A program made the position numbers and the translations under genes. A stretch of DNA of 50,861 bases, counting the filler, from Streblomastix strix (lineage: Eukaryota): the NCBI GenBank assembly GCA_008636045.1. It is 2 parts of 2 records of this genome, joined end to end, with 100 filler letters (N's around TTAATTAATTAA, not from the genome) between each part and the next. Parts side by side here need not be neighbours in the genome. Positions count along the whole stretch, not along the records: positions 25,493 to 50,861 come from SNRW01000202.1; 1 more part is not named here. The stretch is one strand, 5' to 3'. This document shows, piece after piece, positions 25,393 through 40,418 of this stretch (position 1 is the stretch's first letter; each line of letters starts with the position of its first letter). Under the pieces are notes generated by a model. That model ran no database searches, was not told the origin of the DNA, and saw only the letters and a list, made by a program, of their open reading frames with translations.

Positions 25393-25492
25393 NNNNNNNN
25401 NNNNNNNNNNNNNNNNNNNNNNNNNNNNNNNNNNNNTTAATTAATTAANNNNNNNNNNNNNNNNNNNNNNNNNNNNNNNNNNNNNNNNNNNN
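25393..25492. other. Artificial contig linker N44-TTAATTAATTAA-N44
   Basis: Exactly 100 nt and symmetric, with the palindromic six-frame-stop 12-mer at 25437-25448. Confidence 0.9.
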
Positions 25493-28400
25493 ATTTAAAT
25501 TATTAGTTTAATTAATATACTATTAAGATGAATGTGAACTAGTTGATAATAAACTTGATTTTTCAACTACATTTTATTCTTTTTCTTTCAAATCTTCCAT
25601 TTATTATTATCCTTATTGTTAATTCTACTTTTTTATTTACTGTTGTTGATCATCAATAATATCGGGCCAGTCAACAGGACCTTCATCTTATTTCATCCTA
25701 CTATTCAATGAATTATTATGACGATATTAATATTAATATGAATGAAATTATTGTTAATATTATTATTAATATTACTATTATTATGAAGTCGATAATGATG
25801 ATTATGATTATATAGAGATTTGAGATGATGATTACTGTGTGTTGACACTAGACTTATTTATAAGCATATCTCCATCTATTTCATCTTTTTCTTCTCTCTC
25901 TATTCCAGTTATATATTCCCTATCATTTACTCTGTCTTTTTCTTCTGATTCATCTTAATCAAATAAAGGAGAATAAGGTATTTATAATGGTTGTATTAAT
26001 TATATTGCTTGCTATACATTTAATGCAATTGTATTCTAAAGTGTTGCTAATAGTAATATTAATAAATACGTTGTTTTTGACCTTTATTCTTCTTGAATCT
26101 CTATTAATTATAATTCTTATTCTTCTACCTCTGCAGCCAATTATTCTATATTAAATTATTGTTATTAATAATAATTATTATCAAAGATTTGTTAATTATT
26201 TATATTAGTAATTGGTTCTAATTTATGACCGATTCCATTATTATTATTATTAATATATAAATACTTATTATTGTTTGATTTTGAGCTTTAGTGCAATAAT
26301 TATATTTCATATCTTTTTTATTTTTTCAACCTAAGTTTAATTTTTCTCTCATATTCTAAAGCATATTTCTTATTTATTCCATTTTAATACTTCTTTTATT
26401 CATCTTCAAAATCATTATCATCTTCTGTTGTATTATTGTCATTTTCTTTCCCTTTTTATTTTATATTTCTATCTTCTCTATCTTTAATTGCATCTCTTCC
26501 TGCATTCCTCATCTTCACTTCTCTTTTCATTCTTTTTTCATTTTTGAGTTTTTCTTTTCTCAATCTCCTCATCCAATCTTTAAATGAATTTATTTTCCAG
26601 ACTCTTTCAACATAACAAAAATATGGAGATTTTGGAGGAGGAGATGAATAAGGAATATTTTACTATATTTATTAATAATATTATTAATATTAATATGAAG
26701 CAGGAGTAGATTATATTATTATTGATTAATTAGATTATGAATACAAGGATTATGGAGAAGGGAATTAAGGATATAATGAATTTGGAGAATAAATATTATT
26801 ATTAAATTATAATTATTATTATTGTTGTTATTGTTGTTGATGTTATTATTAAGAGGATTATTATTATATTTCTACATTCATTTTCATTTTTTTACCTCTT
26901 CCTTCATTATATTCTCTAAAATCTTAACTAACTTAATTCAAGCAAAGTAAATCATATATTCTTTATGGTAAGGATAATGAATGTAAGAATGTAGAGAATA
27001 ATGGATTTGATAATGAAACATCTCTTAATAATAAACAAAGAGGGAGAATATTCATATCTTATAATATTGCCCTTTACACCAATCTTTAATATTAATGCAA
27101 TTCATCAACTCTTTTCTTTATATCTAATTTAATATTATCTAATTTTTATCCATCATTCGCTAAATTTAAACATAAATTAATTAATTAATACTATCCTCCT
27201 TATAATAATATCATTTATAAAGATTCTTAATTAATGTTTTAATTCATTTGTGTTTCATCATTCCAATCTCCGCCATCTTCTGCATTGTCAGAATTACTAC
27301 TTATAACTTATTATTATTGATTCTAGTCTAAAACCTATGATTATTAAGATGATAATGTTCTTTGTTTATTATTTTATTCATTTTATTTTTAAATATTTTA
27401 ATTGATATATTTTTCCTTCTAATCAGTTTATCTATCTTTTCCCCCTTTATCTTTATCCTCTATTTCATCATTATCAATTTTCATTCCTTTTCTGTCCTTA
27501 TCTTTCTCTTCTCTAACTCCTTCTCCTACATTTATTCTTTCTTTATCTTTTATTTATTATAATTATTATTAATATTTCTTCATTTTTCTCTTAATCTTTT
27601 ATATTCTTTCTATTTCTCTTATTTTCTCTACTTTTTTATCTGCTTCCATTTCAATAGTATAGTAAAGAGAAAGTGAATAAAAAGGTAAGAAATCTAATAA
27701 AACAGATAAGAAGTCCAAAACAGACTATAATGCATGTTAAATTTCTATTCCTTCTGGTATTATTGATTATTATTATTTTCTTTATTTATAATATTAATGA
27801 TGGTGTTTGTGTTTTGAATTTTATTATATGTCAGACTAAGAATGAGATAATGAACGAGAAGATAATTAAGAAGAGAATTAATTATTGTTTTGATGGTGGT
27901 GATGTTGTTTATGTTATTAACGCCCTCTGTTTTCGGTATCTAATATTTAATAATTTTGCTTATAATATGGCGGTAATTACAATTATTAATATTAATATGA
28001 ATTGTATGAAGACTATAATTAATTATACGTTAAAGGAGAATTATACAGATTATATTTTGATTATTATAAAGATAAATCAGGAGGATTATTTTTATATTAA
28101 AATTAGAGTTTATGCTATTTTGCAACTTAAATAATTTATTATTATTTACTATCTATTTCTTTATTATCGGCATTTTCATTGATGATGGACTTTTATTATT
28201 ATTCCTATTAAAATATTCTTTATTACTAATACGGTTATTGAAGACTATGATTCAGATCAATGGATTAATTATAATCAATTCCTTTTTATTATTTATTCAT
28301 ATTTTCATTTTCATTCTAACTCTCAATTTGTTATTGTATCTCTCTTTCTTTCTCTTTTTCTTTCTTTCTTTCTCTTTCTTTCTCTCTCTTCTTTTAATTA

Positions 28401-31400
28401 TATTACACTTCTCTTTCTATATCGATTGCTCCTCCAATTGATCTAATAGCAGCTAAAATAATTCTAATAAATGCTTTTTAAAATGCATTATTTGTACAAT
28501 TAAAGAAGAATTATCGTAATACTGAGTGGTCATTTAATCTTCTTGTTTCTGTATCTGAGTGAATTCCACTGCCATCTTCATTGCTACTTAATTATTCTTA
28601 TTCTATTTCTTATTCTATTTCTTATTCTTATTCTTATCCATTTACTAATTTTTGATTAAATTATTAATAATCTTCTTATTATTTATCAATTGGATTAAAT
28701 ATTTATTTTTTTCCTTTATTTATTAATTTATTATCTTCTATAATTGCATTCTCTTATTAATCATCTTCCACATCTTTAATTTCTTTTCCATTGATTTAAT
28801 TTTTCTTTATTTAATAGTTATAATTCTCTTTCTTAATTTATTTCTCATCTTTTTCTTTTTTACTGTCTTTATCTTTTTCACTTATTTTTGTTCTTTTACT
28901 CAATACATCATCATTATTATCCTTCTTTTTACTTTCTTAATTTAAATTCATATCATTTTGTAGCTTTGAATTAATTGATTAATTATCTTTTTCAACTGTT
29001 TTTCCTTCCATTTCTTTATTTTCATTAACTTTCTCATTTTCTTGTTAATTATTTTCTTAATTATTCTTATTAAAGTTCTAATTAACGTTTATTTTAAATA
29101 TTTCATCTTCTTCATCTTCTTCATAATCTTCTTCTTCTTCATCATCATCCTCATTAAGAGTACCTTATAAGTTTCCTCCTATATATTCCCTCTCTTAATC
29201 TCTTTTTAAATATTATTCATTTAATTTACCTTTATTATTATTATCTCCTTTTAAATTTTAATCTTATTTATTTTATTAATTCATCATCATCTACTAAACC
29301 ATATCATCACCCAAATCCACTCCTTCCAAATTAATAATAGAATTATCTCCTCTCTCTATTTTTATTCTTCTTTATCTTTATTTATTTCTTTTTTACTAAT
29401 CACTTTTAACCAAATCATCTTCTTTTGATTCTCCTTCAATTTAACCTTCTTCCATTTCAACTTCCATTTTATCTTCATCATTATCTTCTTCTTCTTCTTC
29501 TTTATCATCTTCTTCTTCATTATTAATTAAAACTTATTCAATGTCTTATTCAGTAGATGATTCAGTTGTATTTGATTCATCTTCTTCATCTTCTTCATCA
29601 TCTTCTTCTTCTTCATCATCATCATCTTCTTCTTCATCTTATTTTGATTTATTTGTTATGGGTTTAGACAAGTTATCAGAATCGATATCTTTTCTTTCAC
29701 TACTTTTAATCTTCTTCTTTTTTTCTTTCGTTATTACTTTTCCTTTTTCTTTCGCTTTAACTTTTCGTTCTTTCTTCAAATATTAAAATTAATCTGTCGT
29801 TTACAAAATTTCTTTTTCTTAAATTTTATTTTTCTCAGAATTCTGATTATCATCACTTTTTGTTATTAATCCTTCTTTTTCTTTTTCTTATTCTTTATTT
29901 CTGATTATTTCTCTTTCTTTCTCTTTCTGAATCTCTTTCAATTTTAATCTCTCTTTTATTTTTATTTCTCTTTTCTCTTCTTTTTCAATTTCTTTTTACT
30001 TCTCATTCATTAGTCTCATTATTTCTTAATCTTCATTTCTTACTTGTTCAGTCATCCATTTAAGCATGTCTATGGAAAGTAGTGGCGATCTATATAATAT
30101 AATTTCTATCTCATTACTCCATCTACAAAATGATTAAGCATCAAAATAATGTGACATCGTTTACAACAAAAACCTAATCCATAACTTCATAAACTAATAA
30201 CCAACTTATTATCCAATATAATTTTATGGATACTGAGTAATTGGTGCAAGAAGAGAATGTGACAATTAAATCCTTTCAATTTACATTAATTAATGATCTA
30301 CTTCTTAATCTATATTTTATTATTATAAATTTTCTTCCTAAGTTTTATTTCCCTTTTCTTTGACAAGAACCAAATCTTCTCCATACAAATCAGCATGAAA
30401 ATCCTCAAATATTCTTCTCATAATTAAAACATAAGTCCTTCTTGGATAATGTCTTATTCTGTCTATTTATACAATAACATCAGTAAGATCAACTTCAATC
30501 CCATATCCACAAGCTCCTGATTAGCTCCATCCACTCCATCCACCATTTGAAGGTGACTAATATAAATCTCTTCTTAGCTTACGTAATTAATTACTATTTA
30601 ATTACTATTATGTAAAATAAAGTTAGAGTTAATTAATCTGTTTTTATCTTTATCTTTCACTTTTATTTCTCAATTCAATTAGTGTTTTCTCCCTGTTATA
30701 TAGTTCTTTCTCAAATTAATATTAATATTGATATTCTTATCCAATATCAATTACAGCTTCAGATCCAGTAGATCCACATCCTCCAAATGGGATGAACGAG
30801 AAAGCCACAAAGATTCTCTTTTCAACAATTGATTATAATAAAGACAAATGTGATATTAATTCTATTTAGTTTTATGGGCATTATTGATATAATTATTATA
30901 AAAGAAAAAAAAGAGGGACTTGTGACGTTTATAGATTTCGTTTAGATCTCGTTTCAAATATATCAGTGGGTATTTATACTTTAAATATATGTTATGTCTC
31001 TTCTAATTCTTAGTTTTCATTGACAAATTTATCTCTTTCATCTCTTAATTTAAATTATCCTTCTTGACTGTTTTCGCCATCTGCATATTAAATATAAATT
31101 ATAGGACTGTTATATTAACTAATTTTAGGCATTCCATTCATCATATGATGAATAATGTGAGATATTAAAGACATTCCTGAAAAGCTTCCAATTGAAGTTT
31201 TGAGTAATTATTCTTGTTACTAAGAATAATAAGAGGGTTAATTGGAGGCATATTAACCTTTAAGCAAATATTAATTACGTTCTCTTTCTAGTTAAGTATT
31301 TTTTTCAAATTATAAAAGAATGGAATGTAGCCAAGCTATAGTAGCAACTAAATTAATTCTACTAAGCTTAATTTATTATAAACAAGATAATTGTTCTTAT

Positions 31401-34400
31401 GACAATGAATTTTAATAATCTTATTCTTCATTATTCTATTTATTATCTTCAAATGTGCAAGACTTAATAATATATGTTAATATCATTGCTAATCTTAATT
31501 AATTTACACCACTTCCTTAAGTCTATAATGAGTAAATATGATGAAATTCAGGGAGAATAGGTTGGAGATATAATTATGACTAATTTTGATCTGGATAATT
31601 CGGAATAAAGGAAAATTATTATTAGTGTTATTACAATGTTTGTTATTATTATTATTGTTGTTATTGATTCAGTTTGTCATGTGAATGCTATTATTTCATT
31701 TATTATTATTAAATATATGAAATCGGCAAACTAATTCTCAGTTACATATTTTATTCTTTTGTTAAATTTATCCACTATTGCTAAAATGGAATGAATGACA
31801 AATTATCATTATTAAATGAGTTGATATTGTTATTGTTATTGAAAGTGCTCTGAATATGAGGTGAAGAAGGATAAGGTGTAAATGAAGGATATGAATTAGG
31901 ATGATATGAAGAATTTGGAGATTAAGGAGAATGCGAATATGAAGATATAATATTATAGGGATGTATATGAGGAAGATTACGTGGAAGTATCAAATGTATT
32001 TAGTAAAGAAACTTTTCATACACTGCAGGCTGAATATATTAATATTATTATTATGAAGAAAGAAATATTGAAGAAGATGAAGAATTATAATTTGATTAAG
32101 ATGATGAAGAATTGAAATGATGTTATTAAGTTAATTATGTTTATGATAACGATGATTAATATTAATAGGAATAAGTTGGAGATAAAAAAGTAGATCTAAT
32201 TGGAGGTGTGAGATTAGGAGAATCTGATGGTGTAAGAAATAGTGTAGAATAAGAGATTCTTGGAGAATGGTTTGAAGCGTAAGGTGAAGATGTAATGTTC
32301 CATTAAAATTACTGTTATTATAACTAAAAAGATTATTGCATAAGTTATGGAATGAAATATGTATGTTATTAGTTCTATTAACTTTAAATTTATCCGTTTT
32401 CTTTCTATTTCTCATCATTTATATTATCTTTCTCTTTATCTAATGTTTATTTTCCATCGTTTAATCTCTTTATTCCTCTTTTACTTATAAAAATAGTCGT
32501 ATTGTTAAATAATCTAAATTACTACTAAAATGAATAAAATAAATCTTTATATATATTAAAATCAGCTTTATATTCAATATGTAATGATGAAGACAATAAA
32601 GAAATTAAATTAAGTTGTAATGAATCAATAATAGATATATGAGGATGTATGAGTAATGACCAAGGTGATAGTAGATAGTTAATTGATTTTTATGAAGAAG
32701 GAGATGTTTATGACTAAAATTGGATAGAAGGAGACGATTATTATAAGGGTTGAAGAGATTATGAAAATGAAGATTATTATATCAATGTATTTGAATGAGA
32801 TTATAATTGAATTAATGATTATTATTAATCTGATTATAACTATATTGATTATTAATGTATATTTTATGGTACAGGAACTGGAGGAGGAAGAGGAAGTGAA
32901 TTGAAAGAAGAAGTTGGAGTATGTGATGTTATTTGTGATGATTGATGTTATATATGAATTGGAGTTAATACTGTTTGGGGATACGGAATTTAATGTATTG
33001 TATTTGTATCGACTGTATTTGATAATTGTTATTATTATGATTATTGAATTTAGTTAATTTACGATGAATTTAAAGTATCTTCTTTATTGTTATTAATATT
33101 TAAGTATTATAATTATTATTACAATTCATTTCCCTCAAAAAAGTATTTAAAATCTTATTATCTCCATGCTTCACCAGCAATACATATTTCATATATTAAT
33201 CTTGATACTAAATTAAATAATCTGTTTTCTTTATTATAATTTATATCCCATTAAATATCTCTTTCCATATCTAATTCTTTACCTGTTTTTTTCTTAAAAT
33301 TTCGGTCTTTTCTTCTTTATTTTTCTTTTTCTTTCTCCAATTCTCTTTCTTTTTCTCTTTATTCTTTATCTCTTTCGCCCAATAAAATAATAAATAAAAA
33401 TATTTCACTCATTGCTGGATGAAGCATAATAGGAACTAAAATCTTTTGATATGCTGATATCATTCCAATAAGCATATCTAATGCACAGTATAATGCTTCA
33501 TATTTATCTACTTAATCTTATTACTATTATATATTAAAATAAATTTTATTGTTTTGTGGTTAATTTGCTTATTCAATTATCCTTAATCTATTTTATTGTT
33601 TTTCTTCAACTTTTTTCATTCTTTATTATAATTAAAATTCTATAAATTAATTAGACTCGGTTTCTGAAAGGGGAGGAATTATCCACTTTTATTTATTAAG
33701 TAAAGTTGCATTTTGATGTTTTAATTATTCTATAGAATATGGAGATGCTTGAGATTATAATGATTATTATTATGAATCAAATTAAGAATTGGATTAAACT
33801 TCTTTGTTACGTTCTTGAACAATATTATTTATTGTATTTGATGCTTGGTTTCTTATTTCCCAATAAATTTTATTTGGAATAAATCCAGTTTTAGGCTTTG
33901 AATTTTTATTCAATTGTTAATTTTAAATTTATTTTTTAGTTTATTATTCATTCTCATTTGTAATATTACTATCTTTTGCTTCAAATTTCTATTCTAAATT
34001 AATTTATTGTTTATATGACTTTAATAGCGATGCTTTTATAATTGATTGCATATTTTCTATATTTTATAATAAATTGAAGAAAGGTTGATCTTTAAGAGTT
34101 AGTAAAGCAGGAACTAATGATAAATATTTATTCATTTAAGTAAATTATAATTATTTTAATTTAATTAATCCAATTCTGGGTGATATAAGAGATATTGGTA
34201 CTCTAAGTCCTTATTAATGTTAATTACTAATTTTAAATCTATTTGATATTTATATAAATAATTAATGCGGTACTGAGAATAAGTGAGATTATTAGGATTA
34301 TTACTATTCTATTTCAACTTGTTTATATTCATTATCCTAATCATTTTCAATAATTGGAATCATATTCAATATTTATGCGTATTTAGGTATATTGCTATAT

Positions 34401-37400
34401 GTATTAATATTATTAAATCTATCTTTACTCTTTATTTATTAATTAAGTTAAATATTATCAGTAAGCGATGTAAAATACATCATAATATCATTTTAAATTT
34501 AATGGAGTGGCATATTCATTTAAAGACCTTATGCTAATACACATATAGCTTATATCAATCTTGCAAATAGAGGATAAATATGAATATAAGGAGTTATATT
34601 GTAAAGAGAAGATGATAAATAAGAAGGAAAGAATTATTATTGTTGTTAATGTTGTTATTGAAGAATAGGAATGAAAGAAGAAGGAAAAGAAGATATATTA
34701 TTAGTTATTAATTTAGATGAAAACAGTTAAAGTTGATTAATATTTTATTGTGAAGGAGATGATAATGAATTTGATATTGGAGTTGAAAGAAAAGAAGATT
34801 ATTATTGTTATTATTATTATTATTGTGGTTGATGTGATGATAATGATTATGAAAAAGTTAATAATAATATTTTTTACTGAGATTTAATATCTTTTTCATC
34901 TTTTCCTTCTTTATTTTCCTTTTTTAATTCATTTTTACTTTTCTTTTCTTTTTCATTTTCTTTCTCGTTTTTCTATTCCATTTAACTTGAAGTAAAACAA
35001 TGAGGATGAATTTCAACATCAGCATATACAGGTACATGTAACATAACATAGTTACAAATATTTTACATAAAATATTATCTTTTAAACTAAAAATCTTTTT
35101 TAATTTATTTATTATCATATGAATATTAATCTGGAGTAAATGGAAGAGGTGGAGAAAATATTCCTTAAGTTGATGGATATTTCTAGTATTATTATTCTAT
35201 TGAAGGTTGAGGTAATATAAATTTATATAATATTTTTATTATTGTAGCTAAAACAGTTGAAGCAATTTGAGAAGGACTTTTCCCCCATAACATATTATTC
35301 ACATTATCTTCTTAAATTTCATTCTATTAAATCAACATTTCTCTTTCTCTCTTTCCAGCTTCATTACCAACATACCAAGCAGTTCTAACCATTGGCTTAA
35401 TAATAATTAAAGAAGCTAAACTACTCAATCCTCCACTATATATAAATCTATATCTCCAATTGTATAATGATTATCTTTATTTATATGAATTACATTCTAC
35501 AGTAATAAATTCATTATAATTTAATATATTATTATTTTCTTTCTATTATAATTTTGACTCATCTTTCTGATCTTCATTTTCTTCTTCATCTGCTTCTTTA
35601 ACATCTTCATCATCTTTCTCTTAATCTTTAGGTTATTCTTATCCTTTCTCTTTTTCTGTCTTTTTATCTTTTTTCTTCTTCTTTTATTTACTTTTATTAT
35701 TTTTTAAAAGTAGTGTGTTTTCTTTTTATATTAATTACTTACTTAACCCCTCTTTTTCAATTGTTCTATCTATTACTTTCATTGCAGATGTTATAATTGG
35801 AAATTCAATATATTCCTGTATTTATTTGTCAATCTCTTTTTTTCTATCATTACTTCTTTCTTATAAATACAATAATGTGCTGGAGTCAATTTATTCATCA
35901 ATTATTGTATCTTTATTATCTTTATCTTAACTTTTATCCTTTCTTTTACCTTTCTCCAACTTTTCTCTTTCCTTCTCTATCTTTCTTTCTTATATCCACT
36001 TTTCAACTTCTTCTATATGTTAACTTTCTTATATTTATTGAGTTTCATCAATCATTTTCATTACTTCTCTTAACGCACAATGTAATATAATATTCTTTCT
36101 TAAAAAATATGAGTGTTTCTGATATTTATTAATTTAATTATTAATTTACTCTTCGTTCCATTAATATTTAAATTAATCAAATTAAGAAAAACAACCCAAA
36201 TATTCCAATGGAAGTGGAGTGTATGTAAGTTCAGTTGGGAATGCAATTGTCCAATCAGTTCCCTTTCTTGCTTATTATATCAGAGAAATTGAAAGTAATT
36301 CAGGAGAAAAGAAAGAAAATATTCGCTGTATTTTATATAATAATGAAGGTATTTGCATTCCAATTGAATAGATATCTGAAAGATAAGGAGAAATTATTTC
36401 AGCTGGAGTTAATTATGATGAGTTAAATTAATAAGAAGATTGGTAAAACAAATCAGGTCTTAATAATGGATCAAATAAATATTATTATTATTAAGAAAAA
36501 GCTAATTGTTAAGAAATAGAAGTAGGAGATTACAATACAGATTGTTATATAGGTGATAAAGATGATTATAATGATGGTGATTTCTTTTTATTTTTATCTT
36601 ATAAAATTTATCTATATAAAGAAGTTGTAGCTGAAAATTCAATAATTCCTCCTTCTTTTCCAATTTCATCTCTTATTTTTATTTATTACTAATTCATATT
36701 AATAGTTTCATTATTTTTAATGTTTCTCTCAAATTCAATATTTTTAATACCTTTCTCTTTATTTTCTCTATTTTTAATGATCATTTTTTTGTCATTCAAT
36801 ACAATTTTATAATTTGTTTTTTATGCCATGTATTGTGCATTGTACAATTCATACGTTATATCTTAATCTTTATATTTAATATTAATTTCATGACATTTAT
36901 TTATTTATTTTATTTACTATGCTATTCTTAATCTTAAGCATTATACACAATCCCATGTAGCAAGTGGAACTATTTGAATATATTTATTTATTTATTTGCT
37001 ATTATCATTTGTTATATTATTTACATTTACGCTTATATTGCTTAAATTAACTTATTCGTTATCGATAATGACAATTATTGCTTTAGTTTTCATTAGAGAA
37101 GGAATTGATGTACATAATGAGAAATGAAGAGGTTAATTCTTGTTCATATTATTGAAATTATTACTATTTATTTGATTCAAGTTATCAATATCAATATTAC
37201 GAGTAAGAAAATGAGATAATATTCGAGATGAATTTGATTTTTGTATTTCATGTTATTATGCTTATTTAATTTGCTTTATTTATTAATTTTGTTATTGTTA
37301 TTAGTTATTTAATGGCTGTAAAGGTAATTTCACTATTTCAAATGGATTGTGTCTTGGCCTACAAACTCTTAATATATAAAATAATAATGATAGTGAATTA

Positions 37401-40350
37401 CTTGCCTATCAGTTTACTAATTAATAATATTATTATTATTCTAATAACGTTGATTAAGATGATGATTTGGAAGAAGGAGAATATGTAAAAATTGGATCTG
37501 TATTATATGAAGAACTAAATTCTTTTCCTTTATCTATATCTTTATCTTTAAAATCTTTATCTTTTCCTTTTTGAATTAATTATTACTAAGAAGAGGATGA
37601 AGATGATTAAGGATTAGGAAACGAATAAGAAGAATGAGTTAAAGAATCTTAATTATAGTACGGAGATGTGAACTATGAAAATGATAAATCAATTAATTCA
37701 GACAATTATTCAATTGATTTCAATGAATAAATAATTGAATCTTATAATATATCGTATTGAATAAGTTAATGTTATTAATATTATAATTACTTTTATCCTT
37801 TCATTTATTCTTTAAATTATAATTCTTTTTATTCTCTCTCATATAATTTATTGTTATTCCCTGAAAGAGAAGAAGATATTGGTGATAAATTAGAATGAAT
37901 CAATGATTTAGGTAGATAATTAGGAGTTAGTTATTATGATTATGATTATTTAGATAAATATTGTTAATATTACGATTATTAGGATTAAGGAGTAAGAGGA
38001 AGTGGCTATTATTAAGTTAGTTAGTTAGGTGATAATGTTGGAGAATGAGAAGATTAAATTGGTTTAAGAACTTGAAATTTGATATCTTATTATTATTAAT
38101 TTATATTAAGTGCATTTTTCTCTTCTATTTTCTTATCAGCATATTTATCAACCTAATAATCAATATCTTGCTTATTTCCATCAGGTTTGTCCAATATGCA
38201 TATTTCAATTATTCTTTGCTGTGCAGGATTCAAAGGAAGAATTCCACCTTCACTTTCTTCCCTCCATTAACCCCATCCCCAACCTCTTATTATTCTTTGT
38301 ATATCTCTCCTTCTTTATTATTGTAGTATTTGATATGACTATTATTATTACTACTACTAAATTAATTATTATAAAATAAATTGAGGTTATTAAGTTATAT
38401 CATCAGCTTCATCCATTTCTCTTTTTACGCTTTAAATTTCACTTTATTTTTCTTTTTCACATTCAATGTCTATTTGTTGTTATTTGCTGCTATTTAATTC
38501 ATCTTTTTCATTTGGAAATGAATTTAGTGAAATTTATGATTCTTTTGAATACAAACTTTCATTCTCTCTTTCAATTTCATTATCTTACTTCTCTTTTTTA
38601 TTTGTCTTTTCCTTCTTTTCTTTACTTTTCATTTTTAGTTTTTCTTTTTTCTCTTTTTCTTTCCCTTTCTCTTTATCAATAATATTTCCATTAGTTATTT
38701 CATTCTTTCCCTTAGATTTATATTTCTTACCATCTTCATTATTATTACCATATTAATTAATTAATTAATTAATAAATTGATTTCCGATTTAATTTCTAGA
38801 GCTTGATTGAAATTCAACAAGACTATCATTATCAACCTGATAATCTTTTGAATTCTCATTTTCTTTTTCCTATTCATAATTATTTGAATTTTCATATGAG
38901 TTAGAATATGAGTGTTAATATGAACTTACAAATGAATTTGAATGAGATAAGGAATGCGATAGTTATTATGATATTGGTGATTATATTAATTTATCATGTT
39001 ATTTAATGTCTGAATATATATTAATACGTTTAGGAATAATAAGAAGTTTAAAATAATCAGAATAAGAAGACGAAAGATCGAAGGCGTTTCTACTCATAAT
39101 ATTTTTCATAGAAACTAAATTGTTTTGAAAATTATTAATATTTATATTCCCTATTAATTATTATTGCATTTCATTATCTTTACCTAAAATAAAAGAATAA
39201 GCATTATTCAATTACTAATCATTGTCCAACATATCAAATATACATTAAATTGGATTCCATTATTATTAATTTTAAATATATTTTAAAAGAATCTATAACT
39301 CTTTATTGTATTAGTCTTTAAAATTATCTTTATTTTCCTTTTCTTTTAATTTGCTATTTTAATTATCTTTCTCTTAATCAGTAAATAAATTCTCTTTTTT
39401 AATCTATTTTAAATTCCAATCAAATGAAGAAGGCCAATTAATTGAAGCTTTCTACAATGTTTTGTATCCAATAATAAAATGTGTTAATGGAATTGGAGTA
39501 ATATTGGATGTTTATTAAGTAGAAGATGATGAGGAAGATTCCTGACATGATTTTTGTTTTTCATTCTCTCTCGTTTGTGCCAATCTTAATCTTGCTTCTT
39601 TCATTTCTTTCCATTAATAAATGATTGTCTCGTTTGGTATTAACTAGGATAAAGAATATTATGATTAAGATTAATATAATTGAGGATATGATTATAATTT
39701 TATATATTATTCTTCAGTACATTAAATATTACCATTTTTCTTTATTCGTTCACTCTCATTAATATTTATTTATGTTTTCTGTGATTAGGATAACTGTTTA
39801 TCTTTTGGAGTCATACTTGGTGAAGGAGTTGCAGAATTTGAAGGTGAATGTTTTGACGGTTGTTATTGTTAAGATTTTTCATCAAAAGTGTTGTATATAG
39901 CTTTTGGAGCAAGCATTGTTGAAGATTTAATTTGAGTTTGAGATTAAGATTGAGATTAAGATGGAGAATGAGATTATTTGGGTGATAATTAGTTTGTTTA
40001 TGATTATGAGTAAGATTGAGGATGGATGTAAGATGCATGAAAAGGATTATTAAATGGAGATGTAGAATGTGGAGATGACGTAAGTATTGAACTTTATGAT
40101 GGAGAATTGATACGAATAGAACTAGTCTCACTTATTATGTTATTTTATTATTGAATATATGGTATCATTCTTCCAGCGCAATTCTATTGTTTAGATTTTA
40201 ACTTTGGATTTGGAAATTTAATTTAAGTTTTAACATTATATTCCATTAATAACATTGATTTATTTATTAGTGTGAATAATGAAAAGAAATTATCAAATTC
40301 TTATTCAAAATTGTATGACTATTCATAAAGATATTATAATTGTGAAATGG

Positions 40351-40418
<68 letters not shown>

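Noticed and set aside
27362..38756. Plus-strand hydrophobic F/L/I/S-rich ORFs in the supplied track, which look like membrane or mitochondrial proteins
   Set aside because: They are antisense shadows of the K/E/Q-rich minus-strand giant ORF and carry no family motifs.
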